Assembly: GCA_029717555.1 (NCBI GenBank)
Contig: JAMDHS010000012.1
Location: 248,001-312,000 of the forward strand
Length of the DNA stretch: 64,000 nt
Reading direction: 5' to 3'
Origin: Peribolospora baueri
Taxonomy: Eukaryota
This document shows positions 23,956 through 35,311 of this stretch, piece by piece. Positions within the stretch are counted from its first letter, which is position 1. Every line of letters starts with the position of its first letter. The notes under the pieces were generated by a model. The model was not told the origin of the DNA. It did not search any database and saw only the letters and a list, made by a program, of their open reading frames with translations. The translations under genes and the position numbers were made by a program.

Positions 23956-25542
23956 ATGAGATACCATGTCCTCGGAGTCGGCTCCATCGGTTCCCTCGTC
24001 GCCTTTCACCTACAACGGCACCTTCGCTCTGCCCAGCACCGCCAGGTCATCGCTCTTCAGAACTACCTTCAGCAACGGAATGAGTTTGGAGTCTCCAGCG
24101 ATGACGGCCCACCGGTCGCGTCTATTTCCCTCCCTGAGCGCTTTCTCGAGCCGCAACGCAGCAAGGCTTACCTCCCCTCACCGACGACGCTGCTGCTGCA
24201 AAAACGAAGTTTCGAAGCCGACCTGCGGAAGGAAAGGCGATATAGAAGAGGGCGTCCCGGCGTACTCGGTATGGCATCGGCATCCTCGACGACCGCAGAG
24301 GATGGAGAAGGTGGCAGTGAAGGATATGGCATCATCGTCGAACGAGAAGGCGTGCGCCAGTTTGAGGGTTGCTACGGCGTGGAGAGCTGCGCGGCTGCCA
24401 CACCGTTCGCTGCGAGCTTGGGACATGATCCACGGGGAGTCCTGCGGGTGTCCTTATCGTCGGAGGATAGGAGTCCCGAGACCGGCGGGGGACGAGGTGC
24501 GGAAGGACTGCAAGGACTGCCAGGCCTCGATCCCGCAGACTTTGATCTGCTCGGGCTGGATGGCCAGGCGCGAGGAGACCGGGACCCGACGTCTCCAATC
24601 GATTCGCTCATCGTCGCCACTAAAGCGCCCGCGGTGCTCCCCGCTCTCACGGCACTTATGCCGCGCATTACGCCACGGACGACGATCGTGCTCCTCCAGA
24701 ACGGCATGGGTGTCCTGGAGCTCCTCCTCGGCAAGCTATTCCGCGACAATCGCTCAAGGCCGCATTTCGTCGTCGGAACGGCCACCCACGGCGCGTGGAG
24801 CAAGGGTCTGCTGGAGACGGTGCACTCGGCTTTTGGAGAGATCCACCTCGGCATCGTCCCGGACGTCGCGGGCAGGGATGGCGGGGCTGGGTACGAGAGC
24901 GCGTGGGAGGAGGAAGAGGCGCCAGGAGGCAATGTCGTCAGGAGACGATTATCGCTCGACGGCATCCCATCCTCTCCGAGTTCGCCCACCTATACCCTCC
25001 ACCGCACCATGTCCGCCCTCACCTCGCTCCCGCTGAGCGTCCAGTGGGAGCCCATTGCAGACTATCATGTCCGCGCGCTGCGAAAGCTCGTCGTCAACGC
25101 GTGCATCAACCCGGTGACGGCACTCGCCGACTGCCGCAACGGCGACCTTTTCACCAATCGGGACGCACACGCGCTCATCTCCGGCGTCTGCAAAGAGGCT
25201 CATGCCGTATTCGAGGCGCAGGCGAAGGCCGGGGAAAGGGAAACGACGGAATCTGACGTCGAAGCGGACGCAGCCTCGTCGTCACCGCTTCTCCACCCGG
25301 GTCTCCAAGTCACGTCACTAGAGGCAGAGGTCCTGCGGGTGGCGCGGCTCACCGCGCTCAACTGGTCGTCGATGCAGCAGGACGTGGCGAACCGGAGGGG
25401 GAGCACCGAGGTGGACTTTATGAACGGCTACCTCGGACGCCTCGGGCGCAAGTACGGCGTCCCGACGCCCATTAACGACACGCTCACGTCTATGATCAAG
25501 TTCAAGTCCGGCAGAGGCATCGCCAAACTCGGCCTTTTGTAG
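23956..25542 (+). CDS. PAN5: Ketopantoate reductase (PanE/ApbA family) with large insertions
   Basis: Single 528-aa ORF. HVLGVGSIG (Rossmann fold), LIVATKA, VLLQNGMG, LRKLVVNACINPVTAL (catalytic Lys), SSMQQDV and TEVDFMNG. Confidence 0.85.
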   Translation: MRYHVLGVGSIGSLVAFHLQRHLRSAQHRQVIALQNYLQQRNEFGVSSDDGPPVASISLPERFLEPQRSKAYLPSPTTLLLQKRSFEADLRKERRYRRGRPGVLGMASASSTTAEDGEGGSEGYGIIVEREGVRQFEGCYGVESCAAATPFAASLGHDPRGVLRVSLSSEDRSPETGGGRGAEGLQGLPGLDPADFDLLGLDGQARGDRDPTSPIDSLIVATKAPAVLPALTALMPRITPRTTIVLLQNGMGVLELLLGKLFRDNRSRPHFVVGTATHGAWSKGLLETVHSAFGEIHLGIVPDVAGRDGGAGYESAWEEEEAPGGNVVRRRLSLDGIPSSPSSPTYTLHRTMSALTSLPLSVQWEPIADYHVRALRKLVVNACINPVTALADCRNGDLFTNRDAHALISGVCKEAHAVFEAQAKAGERETTESDVEADAASSSPLLHPGLQVTSLEAEVLRVARLTALNWSSMQQDVANRRGSTEVDFMNGYLGRLGRKYGVPTPINDTLTSMIKFKSGRGIAKLGLL

Positions 25543-25922
25543 GTGAACAAGCGTCGTCGCGGTCAGTGTCGTTGGGGGCTCCCCTTTCACGATGTTGATA
25601 CGCCACGACATTCGCATGCTCGAATCGAAAGAAATAGAGACGCTAAAATGCCGTACACTCCGTCTCGTTTTCGTGCTCGACTTGCGGGGCGGGGGAAGGG
25701 GGGGGAGGCGAAACCGACGCGTCCGCGTCGTTGGAGCTAGAGCGGCTTGTGTGTGAATTAGAAAGATGTCTTCTACTGACGATGAAAAGGGAGGAGGCAG
25801 CACGCGCGCCGAACGGGGCCGTGCGGCTAGGTAACGGCGGCCGGCGAAGGAAAAGCCGACCCGGAGGAGTATGCGTACATTTTGGGAAAGAAAAAAACGC
25901 GAAGAAAAAAAGAGCGTTTTGT

Positions 25923-28467
25923 TCATCGCCTAGGGATGCCGCGACCGCGACCACCACGGAGGGCCCGCTGAGCGCCGCCTCTCGGCATGGATGGGCCGGC
26001 GCTCGGCTGGAAGACGAGATGGGGGAGAGAGAAAAAAGAAACGGGTGACGAAAGGAGACCGAGATGATAAGCGTCGGCTCGGCGGAAATGATGGGAGAGC
26101 ACGAAACGAAAGCACACCTTCTCAGAGCCCGGGTTTCTGACCGTCTCATCGACGCTGAGAATCAAGCAAGCCGCTTCGGCGGCGCTCGAGATGGCGTTAA
26201 TCTTGACGAGACTAGGTTCCCAGACAAAGTTGGCCATGTTGTCCGCCACTCCCTCCGAGTCGATGTCGACGCCGTCCCAGGTGACTTCGCCCTTGGCGTG
26301 ACGCATGCGGAGCTTGTTCAGCACGTCCGTGGCGTCAAACCCGGCGTTGTCGCACAGCTGCCGAGGTATGATCTCGAGCGCTTTGGCGAACGCGCCGATG
26401 ATGAGCTGCTGCTTGCCGTGGATCGTGCGAGCGTAGTCCCTAAGGTATCTGGACAGCTCCATCTGTAAGGGAAGAGAGAAGGGGACGAAGCCAAGCCGGT
26501 ATCAGCTCCACCCGCCCATCCAAGCGGGCCTGAAAAGAGGGAACACCGTGCCGCACCTCCACGGCGCCTCCACCGGCGACGATGTGGTTGTGTTTGATCG
26601 CCCGCTTAACGATCATAATAGCGTCATGCAGACTCCTCTCGATCTCGGCAATGAACTGGTCGGCGCCGCCCCTGAGGAGGAGAGTGCAAGTCTTGGCCTC
26701 GGGGCACTCCTCGAAGATGTTGAACCGGTCTCCGCCGATCTGTCTCTCCTCGAACTTGCCACATCGGCCCAGGTGCTTGTCCTCGAGGTCGGACACCGTA
26801 GACTGGATGGATCCGCCGACAGCCTGGACGACGCGCTTCATGTCGTCCGCAGCGACGCGACCGGCGCAGAAGATGTCGCGGTCCGCAAAGTACTGCGTGG
26901 CCAGGTCGCCGATGGGCAGCTTGGAGAGGACCACCTTTGCGCCCGTCTTGACGATCGCCTCCAGTTTTTGGTAGATGATCTGCCACTCAGCGTCAACGAT
27001 CGCTTGATACTCCTGGTAAGACGAAAGGAAAAAGTCGTAGGAGAGGAAGGGAGGGGAGTTGTGAGAAAATAGAGCGGCGCGGGCAACGTCCCAGCATCGG
27101 GAAGAGATAGAATCCCATCCTCGGACTCACCGACACCTCCTCGATCCGAACCTCCGCATTGTCCTTCTCAGCCTTGAGCTCGAGCTCAACGTTCAAGCAA
27201 AGGATCTTGGGGTTCTTGAAGCTCTTGGGCTGTTGCTCAAACCCCGCGTAGGAGAACGTCTTCTTGAATGCTACGCCCCTGATCAACAATGAGTCCTGAA
27301 ACGGCGAACGCGCCGGCTCGACGTGAGGGTCAGCTTGGCGCGCGCGACGAACCGGATCAAATCGAGGGGCCGCGATGGGAAGTCGGCACTCCAGAGCTCA
27401 CCTGCATGCCGCCGCCGGGGATCTTCTTGACGCCGATCAAGCTCTCGTCCAAGTCTTCGGGGTCGAGGGACATGACGGCATCGACGACCATGTCGGCGAA
27501 GAAAGGTCTCTGAGAGACGATGAGTTTGGAGGACATGGACGTGCCAGCACACTTGAGCAGCAGGTCGCGGAACTCGCTGGAATAAGGGGAAGGGGCAATC
27601 GGGAGGAAGGAAGTCAGGGCGTGGAATGAAAGACGGCGGAACGGTGGCACGCACTCCTTGTTGTCCTTGTTGATGGTCACGGCGATGTCCTTGACCCGTT
27701 GCACTGCCTGGATCGACGTGCACATCCAACAAAGTCGGGGCGTGAGCTCGCAACCGAGAAAGAAGACGGAAACAAGGACGTAAAGAAGGAGAGAAAAAAA
27801 GGAAAAAAAAGAGAGAGAAAGAAAGAGGGGGGACGCACCAACTGAGTAGCCTTCCTAAAGCCCTTCATAATGATATGCGGGCTAACGCCCTCCTCCACAA
27901 ACGCCCTACTCTCCTTAAGCATCTCACCAGCCAGGAGGACAACGCTAGTAGTCCCATCACCAACCTCCGCGTCCTGTGCGCGCGCAATATCCACAAGCGT
28001 CTTGGCGGCCGGATGGATAATCTCGAGAAGCTTGACGATCGTAGCGCCGTCGTTCGAGATTGTCGCTTCTCCGCGTTCAGAGACGATCAGCTTGTCCATG
28101 CCGCGCGGGCCGAGCGTCGATGCTACCGTCTCTACGACGGCTAAGCAGGCGCCGATGTTGGAGAGAAGCTGGCCGCGCCCTTGGGAAGTGTCGGTGCCCT
28201 CTGAAAAGCGACGAGAAGGGACGACGAGAAGAGAAGGCGAAGAGAAGGGAAATACGCTTCAGCACTCGTCCGTACAAAACCAAAGAACACCATACCCACC
28301 TCGCAACACCACGACGGTAGGTTGCTGCTCAAGCGATGGGGGAAACAAAAGAAGCACGAAGGCTGAGCAGGTCAGAGGCGCCTCCCACTCGAGCAAGGAA
28401 GCGGGGGAGCTAAGATTCATGCGCGTACCATCATAGGGAGCTTTCCGCCCATTCCGGCCATTGCCAT
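25923..28467 (-). CDS. CCT7: T-complex protein 1 subunit eta (chaperonin CCT7)
   Basis: Multi-exon gene. [92 protein letters not shown] and a C-terminal GGRGRG motif. Confidence 0.96.
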
Positions 28468-30235
28468 GGTGGTTGAAATGCTCACGACGAAAAGCAGACA
28501 GATGGGGAAAAAAGAAGGAAGGGACGAGGTGAGGATGAGATAGATAGGAAGGATAGGCAAAGAAAGCGAACAAGAAAGCCCGTCGTCCCTGGCCAGGCCC
28601 AGGTGATCGACACGCCGAAGCTGAAGCTGGGAGGAGACCTCGTCTCGCACGTGCCGCAGCTGCCTGTAAAGCCCGACTGACCGACGGCGCAAGACCCCGG
28701 GTGTTCTTGCCCGCAACAGCTACGGATGGACATTTGGACGAGGCTATGGAAGTGTTTCGAAAAGAGCTAGGCGGACACGCGCAGTACAAACACGAGCAAG
28801 GCGAAGGACACGTAGATGAAAGACAAAAAAAAATCAAATCAAAGGAGTCGAAGTGGATGGGCGCTATCGAAGGGAAGGGAGTCAGCTAACCCTGAGATGG
28901 CCCTCTTCCTTCTTCCGCCTCCGGGCGTCCATCTCGCGCCCTCCTAGGTCCTCGGCGCAAAGCCGAAAGGCCCTACCTAGCCCGCTGGGAGCGACCATCT
29001 TCCCACCTTCAACTCCACCTCCACCGACGTCGAAGAGCGAAAACCGAGTCGAACGGACCGAACCGAACCGGAGGGAAACGTAATGAAGAGGTATCGACCC
29101 GCGATCATCGTTCGTCGCGAGCGGAGAGAGCAATGGTGAACGGAGAAAGGGAAAGCGGGCTGACGAATGAGAGGCGACGAGAGAGATGACCGAGACCGTA
29201 GACAGATGGAAAGATGGGGACGGAGAGATTGACGGAGATGGATGACGGATGCCGAAAAGAGTCGTAAAGATGCTGAAAGCTCGACCAGCCGGCGGCGCCG
29301 AATGGCGAAGGCTGAGCCAGAGAAGACATATGGACCATTGAAGACGAAAGGAAAACAAGTCACAAAGTACGCAAGGTCGCGGCGGAAGCGTCACAAAGGA
29401 AACAAGAGGCTGGCGCGTCGGAAAGGAAGAAGTGACGGACGACGCCAAGGCCGGAGGAACACGCCAAAGATATGTGCGCGCGCCGATGAGAGCAGGGTCG
29501 TGAGGGGCGTAAGGGAGACCATGTCAAAGCGCGGTCGAGGACGAGAGGAGACAGTCGGCCAGTCGCGCAGTCGCGCAGCCAGCCATAAAGATGGACGGGC
29601 GAACCAGCGGCGGCGGGGACCGGGAGCGGCATGGAACTGCCTTTTTGAGACGAGGGAAGACCGTATAGACGCGCAACAAGCATGCAGTCGTTTCAGGTCG
29701 TACGTATCGGGGATGGTGGAGTAGCCGATACGGTCGTACGTGAGGGTCGTTAGGCGCCACTGTGTGCGGAGCATGCGGAAGGGGGTATGCCGGGAAACCG
29801 ACGGGAGACAGGGACGGCGAAGGCGAGAGATGACGGCAGGGGTGGTGACCCTGGCGATGACGGGTGGGATACGACCAGCTGGTCATCGCAAGGCGCGCTA
29901 TCGTCGTAGAGTCGACGGCGGATGCAAAGGTATGCAAGTGTGGGGAGAAAGATGCAAATGCGAAAAAAAATGGCCGAGGGGAGTGAAATGGAGGAGAATG
30001 CGGAGAGTCGAAAGAGAACGACCCCAGATGGGGTGGCGTCCATACAACACACGGCCGGCGGAGATTGGACGAGAACGGACGACCAGAGGTTCTAGACGTC
30101 GTGTTAACTGGCTCGCTGTTGTAAGAACTTGCGACGGTTTTCGAGATTGCTCGCGTCCGCCAGAGGCTGCCCGCTGGAGCGAATCAAGGCCTCGTTGGTG
30201 CTGCGCGAGGCGTTCGTTCGTGAGCGCGACGCGAC

Positions 30236-31616
30236 CTATGAATCGCATATACACAGCCAAGGCACGTTTGCCCACATTTTCAGTTCCTTGTTCTCATCGT
30301 TGAGCATCTGGCACTTCCTTCGCAGCTGATCGTTGTCCCTCTCGATCGTCTTGATGTGGCAGATCGCTGGGGAGAAGGGGCGAGGGAGGATGCGGGTTAG
30401 AAAATAAGATTGGCCAAACTAGACCGAGAGCGAGCCTAGCGCGGAGGCTCACCTTTGGAGATGAGACCCGACTTGGACAACCTCGCGGAGGCGGCATCAG
30501 GGCCGAGCGAGTGCTTGAGCCTCTGGAAGCCCTCCCTGAGCTCGTTGCGCCGCCGCTGTTCTGCCTCGATGCGCGCCTTGCGAATCTCACCCTTGCGCTT
30601 CGCAAAGGCGCTGAGAAGAATAGAGGCGGAGAGAGAGGGGGAGAAGGCCGGTAAGTGCCGACGTCGTCGCCTCGCTCCATGACGGATGGGAGACGGTGGG
30701 TCAACGCATACATGGCGATGAAATGGACTCACGAATCGCCGTACGTCCTCGTGAGAACGGGCGCGGCGGCGGCGTCGCTGTCGTCGCTCATCTCTTCATC
30801 GACGTCCGAACCCTCCGCATCCCCTCCGGAGCTTTTCGCGGAGCCGTTCCTCTTGGAAGGCTTTTTGGCGGTGCTAGCGACGACGCTGCTGCCGTTAGCG
30901 ATCTGACTACCCTGCCGAGTGGGGATGGCGGTCTGTGGCTGTCGTTGGGCGGCGAGGGCGGGTCCGAACCGGTTCATGGCAAGGCCGCCGTCGCTGAAGG
31001 CATGGACGGAGGGGGAGGGAGTCGGGGGGAACTGAGCGTTGATGCCAAAGGCCGAGTCGGAGGAAGAGACGCTGCCGATGGAACTGGTGCCGCTGGGATC
31101 CTTGGTGTGGTTGAGGGACACGTTGGGCGAGTTAGGAGTGGCGAGGGAGGTGAAGGTGAAGGAGGTGTTGGTGGTCGAAGGCGATGAGAGAAAGCCGCCG
31201 GGCGTGGCGGGGAGGGAGTCCATCTGTGCCGACACCGGACTGACACTGCCCACGAGACCGCTTGCACCGCCAGCACCACCGGCACCGCCGCCGCCGCCGA
31301 CGCTCAGGCCTGGCTCGCCGGTGACGCCCATGGCCGTGGAAGAGATGGCCATGGGATAGGGTTGTATGGGACGAAAAGTGAATTCGGGCTCATTGAAGTT
31401 AAAGTCGCCGAGCTGGTGACTCCAGGCGGGGTTCGCGCTCGTGGACTGGAGCAGGCTGGGGTACGAACCGCCAAAGGAGAAGGACACAAAGCCAAAGTCG
31501 GCCGCGCCGTACATGGGAGGCGCCGATCCCGCCCCGACGGTCTCGGTGGCCGACGACGAAGCGAGGCCGTCATTAGCGACATGTGGCTGCTGGGGTTGGT
31601 GTTGGTGTTGATCCAT
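30236..31616 (-). CDS. bHLH(-zipper) transcription factor
   Basis: Exons 31616-30733, 30610-30453 and 30366-about 30236. Low-complexity N-terminus, then RKARIEAEQRRRNELREGFQRLKHSL..RLSKSGLISKAICHIKTIERDNDQLRRKCQMLNDENKELK. The 3' end is uncertain; a further intron at AT|GTGGGC is possible. Confidence 0.8.
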
Positions 31617-31800
31617 GATCGCTCCCGTTCCTTCCGTCTCTGGTGATCGAAGGGGGAACTGACCGACGACGGACGTTTTCCTTTTCGACCGGCTGCGAGC
31701 CGAGGTGAACGGAGGACGGCGTGCGCCGGTGGCCAGGTGATCGTGGCGACTTGGTGAAAGCACCTGTCCCTAAGGACGAGAGACGAAGGGGAAGGACGTT

Positions 31801-31836
31801 GTGGTGGTGGTGGTGGTGGTGGTGGTGGTGGTGGTG
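31801..31836. repeat. (GTG)12 trinucleotide microsatellite in the bHLH leader/promoter
   Basis: Perfect run gtggtggtg... seen directly. Confidence 0.95.
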
Positions 31837-32140
31837 AAGAGAGGAGGCGGTGGTCGATGGCGAAGAGGAAGAAGGAGGAGTGAAGGGTAGGAAGGAAAAG
31901 AAGAAGCGGACGGGCGGTTGTTGTCGGTGTCGGTGGTCGGCGAGCAAAGTTAGTTTAGCTCGGTGGAGGGCCGGATGACGATGGGTAGCCGAGGGGGACT
32001 CGACACAAGCTCGCGGGGCTGACGAGGACAGGAGGAGGAAGGGGATAAGGCAGATGGAGCGAGCGAGGAGTCAGCAGTGTCCAAGTCAAGGCAGGACGGA
32101 GAGCGTAGGGAGCGCGGATAGCGTCAACATTGTCGACGTC

Positions 32141-32220
32141 GTAGCCGTCATAGACAGTGTAGACAGTGTAGACGGCGTGGACATGGTAAACAGCGTAGAC
32201 AGCGATAGCGTAGACAGCGA
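32141..32220. repeat. Imperfect 9-bp tandem repeat (GTAGACAGY)
   Basis: tagacagtgtagacagtgtagacggcgtggacatggtaaacagcgtagacagcgatagcgtagacagc. Confidence 0.75.
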
Positions 32221-35200
32221 AGACACGGCGGACCTTGCTCATCCTCACCCGCTTCCTCTTCCTCACCCTCTTCCCTCCCCCCGTCCCTGACCCTATCGCT
32301 GGCCCACCGTCCCGCCCTCCCGTTCCTGTCTGCCTCCCCATCGAGTGTCCTAATCGCAGAACTGCGTGGACGAGGAACGAACGAACGAGGTGCGAAGAAG
32401 TCGTTGCTCTCCCCTGGCCCACAAAGAGGCAAGGTAGGCTTCGCCCATTTCGAGCCCCGATCGTCTCCCGCTAGCACCAAGCCCTCCGCGCAGCCGACGC
32501 GCGCGCCAAGGCCAGGAGCGAACCCTTCTCCAGACTCGACATGAATCGAGGGCATCTCTCACCCGGACAAGAGCCGACGCACCCACACCCATCTATCTGC
32601 CCTCGTCGCTTCGATCTTCGGTGCAGCGCATATCCGCCATCCGCGCGGATAGGCAGGCAGGTAGACAGGCAGACGGAAAGATAGACGGAAAAGCCGCGAC
32701 GGACGAAGGGAAGGACGGAAGAGAGGAGGAAAGAAGGAAGACGGACGGACAGACTCACTCTACCCTTTCGATCGCCAGCCTGCTGGGTGCGAAGGGACGA
32801 CGGGGGAGGGGAAGGGAGTGGATGGATGTGAGAGGAAGAGCAAGGGAAGAGCGAGAAAGGTGGACGGAGAAGAGAAAAAGGGAAAGAAAAGAAAAGAAAA
32901 AGGCGAAAAGGCGAAAGGAGCACGACGAGGGCTACGGTTGGTTGGTTGGCAGGCAGGGCTTCGGACGAATGTATGCGTGTGCGTGTGTAACGTGCCCTTG
33001 GTTGGTGCCTAAGAGAGAAGCAAACGGAGCCGGAGCCGGGGCGGCGGTGAGGTGAGACACGAGAGGGGAGATTGATGAGCGGGCGGCACCGGGGGATCCG
33101 CCCGGTGCGACGGGGGGAGGGGAAAGGAGGGGCGACCGACGGAGCTGGAGGAGCTTGGAGCGGACCGCGGAGGAGGGAGGAGGGACGGGGTGGGGTGAGG
33201 TGGAGGAGGGAGAGAAGGGGGAAGGATGGACGATGGTGGACGACCATTCGACGACGGCGAAGCAATGTCAGGTGCGCCGGCGAAGGGCGGCCGACTGAGG
33301 AGCGGGATTGAAGGGGAATGGGAATGGAATAGAATGGAGGTGAATTGCGCTGCGCTGAATTCAACGGCCGCGACCGTGTGGATAACCAACGCCGGGTTAC
33401 GCCGTATTCACGCTCGACACAAGCCGCCATACGGCGCTGAAAGGGTGTTATGTTGCATGTATGTCACTCAGGGCAGGCTCATCGACGACAGCGACCGATG
33501 ACGGCAGCCGGTCCAGTCCAGTTCGTGTCCAGCTGGCCACAGCAAGCACGTGATGCCGGGACGGAAGTGGGCCAAGTATGGCATAAGGGCGCATCGACGA
33601 GGGCAAGCGAACGGTGGTGTCGTGTAGCCCCATCCATGCCATGCCAGGCCGGGCCAGAAGGCGAACGTGAGCGAGAAGCGTGAAGCGTGAGCGGCGCCCT
33701 GTTTTCCTTGCGCGACGCCATGGCCGCCTGCTTGCTCGCTCTGCTCTCTTCGCACTCCTTCCTCCCGCAGAGAAACAAACCGTCGCGTAGCTGTCCACCC
33801 CCTGCCTTGCCGTCAGTCCTCCGTCGTCGCCGCCCGCTCCGGCGGCCTGCCCTTGCGCCGTCCGTCCGTCGCCCGTTGCCAACGCACGCATGGAACGGTA
33901 CGCGCGTGGGGCTCGCTTGTCGCTGCATCGATGCGGCCGGACGGATGGGTGGCATTGGGTATGATATCCATCAACACCGCCCCGGACCAGACCTTCGTCG
34001 TCGAGCCCGAGACGGAGGCCGAGGTGTAACCAGACCCGAACCCCCTCCGGCCATCTGTGTCTCGCTCGTCCTCAGGATCGACGGTGCAGTACGTGTCTGC
34101 CCTAGCCCTAGCTTTGGCTGCTCTATCTAGCTCGAGCGAGTGCGAGAACGGGAGGAGGTCCGTCGGTCATGCGCTTCATTCATCCCATCGTCTTCCCCTC
34201 GTCCCCTTTGCTGAGCTGTGCTGCGCTGTGCTGTGCTCGTTACGTGATTCGATGCGACGCTCGAGACTAACCCTTACATGGCGCGTGCGGCGACCCCAAG
34301 CTCGCCGTCGACCTTTTCGTCAGGCCCACCTCCCACCTCCCACCTCGGGTCACGTCGCGATCAGGCCGGGTGGACAGGAGGAGGAGGAGCAAGGCCAACC
34401 AACGTAACGTCGACGCCAACACCAACGCCAGACCAAGCCGAGGCCGAGCGAGAGGTAAGGAGGGAAGGACGTCGAATCGGCCGCGCAGCCACGTCGGGGT
34501 CCGTCCGTCCTCCCTCCATCCCTCCTGCAGAGGATGGTGGTGTCTATCTGTCTGCATGGAGAGCGTCGAAGCGAGCGAGATGTGCGTGCGGTGCGTTGCG
34601 CAGCGGTCGACCCTTGCGCCGACTCCTGTCCGTCTCCTCTCCGTCCATCCATTCCCCGCCGTCCTTGACCTCACCTCGCCCGCCGTTCGTCCGTCCTGGC
34701 GTCCGAGTTCGTCGTCGACGATCCACGTAGAGTACGGATACACAGATACCGCCAGCATGCGCAGCATCATCCACGCGCATACATACATACATACGTGCGG
34801 CGTACACCGTACTCCTCAGGCTCAACCTGACCGGATGGCCTTCCTTCCTTCCTTCCGCGGTCAAAGCAATTTTCCAGCCGACGCGGTGCGAGCAGGAAAT
34901 TCGTTCATCAAATCGTGAATTCGTAAACAAAAAGGACGATCGACTCGAGGACGACAACGTAAGGGAGGGGAGGGGGGCACACGCGGGAGGTGGGTCTTGT
35001 GTCCGCATAACGACCATGTCCCCCCGCGCCGTGCATGGCTCGTGGGTCGAGGTTATGAAAAGTGTCCGTCACAAAAAAAGGGCGAGGATGGAGGCACGGA
35101 CGCACGATCCGTTCGAGCTTTGGCCCCGGCGGCCCGTCCAACTCGTCCTTCGTTAAGCGACGACAAACGCTGCAAAGGTTCGAAGACAAGACCAAACGGA

Positions 35201-35311
35201 CACAGAAGAGGGAAAGAGGCCCGCAAAGGGAAACGGAACCGAGGTCGTCGGGCCGTTTAAACGTGGTACATGCCTGCGTCGGCCGCGGGTTGGAGAAACA
35301 GCGGTGGTTAG

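Noticed and set aside
31573..31947. Poly-His ORF upstream of the bHLH gene
   Set aside because: Arises from the (CAC)12 microsatellite and has no ATG start.
35170..35200. GGTTCGA as a tRNA T-loop (also at about 35550, 43883 and 60163)
   Set aside because: No cloverleaf stems or A-box could be built around these sites.
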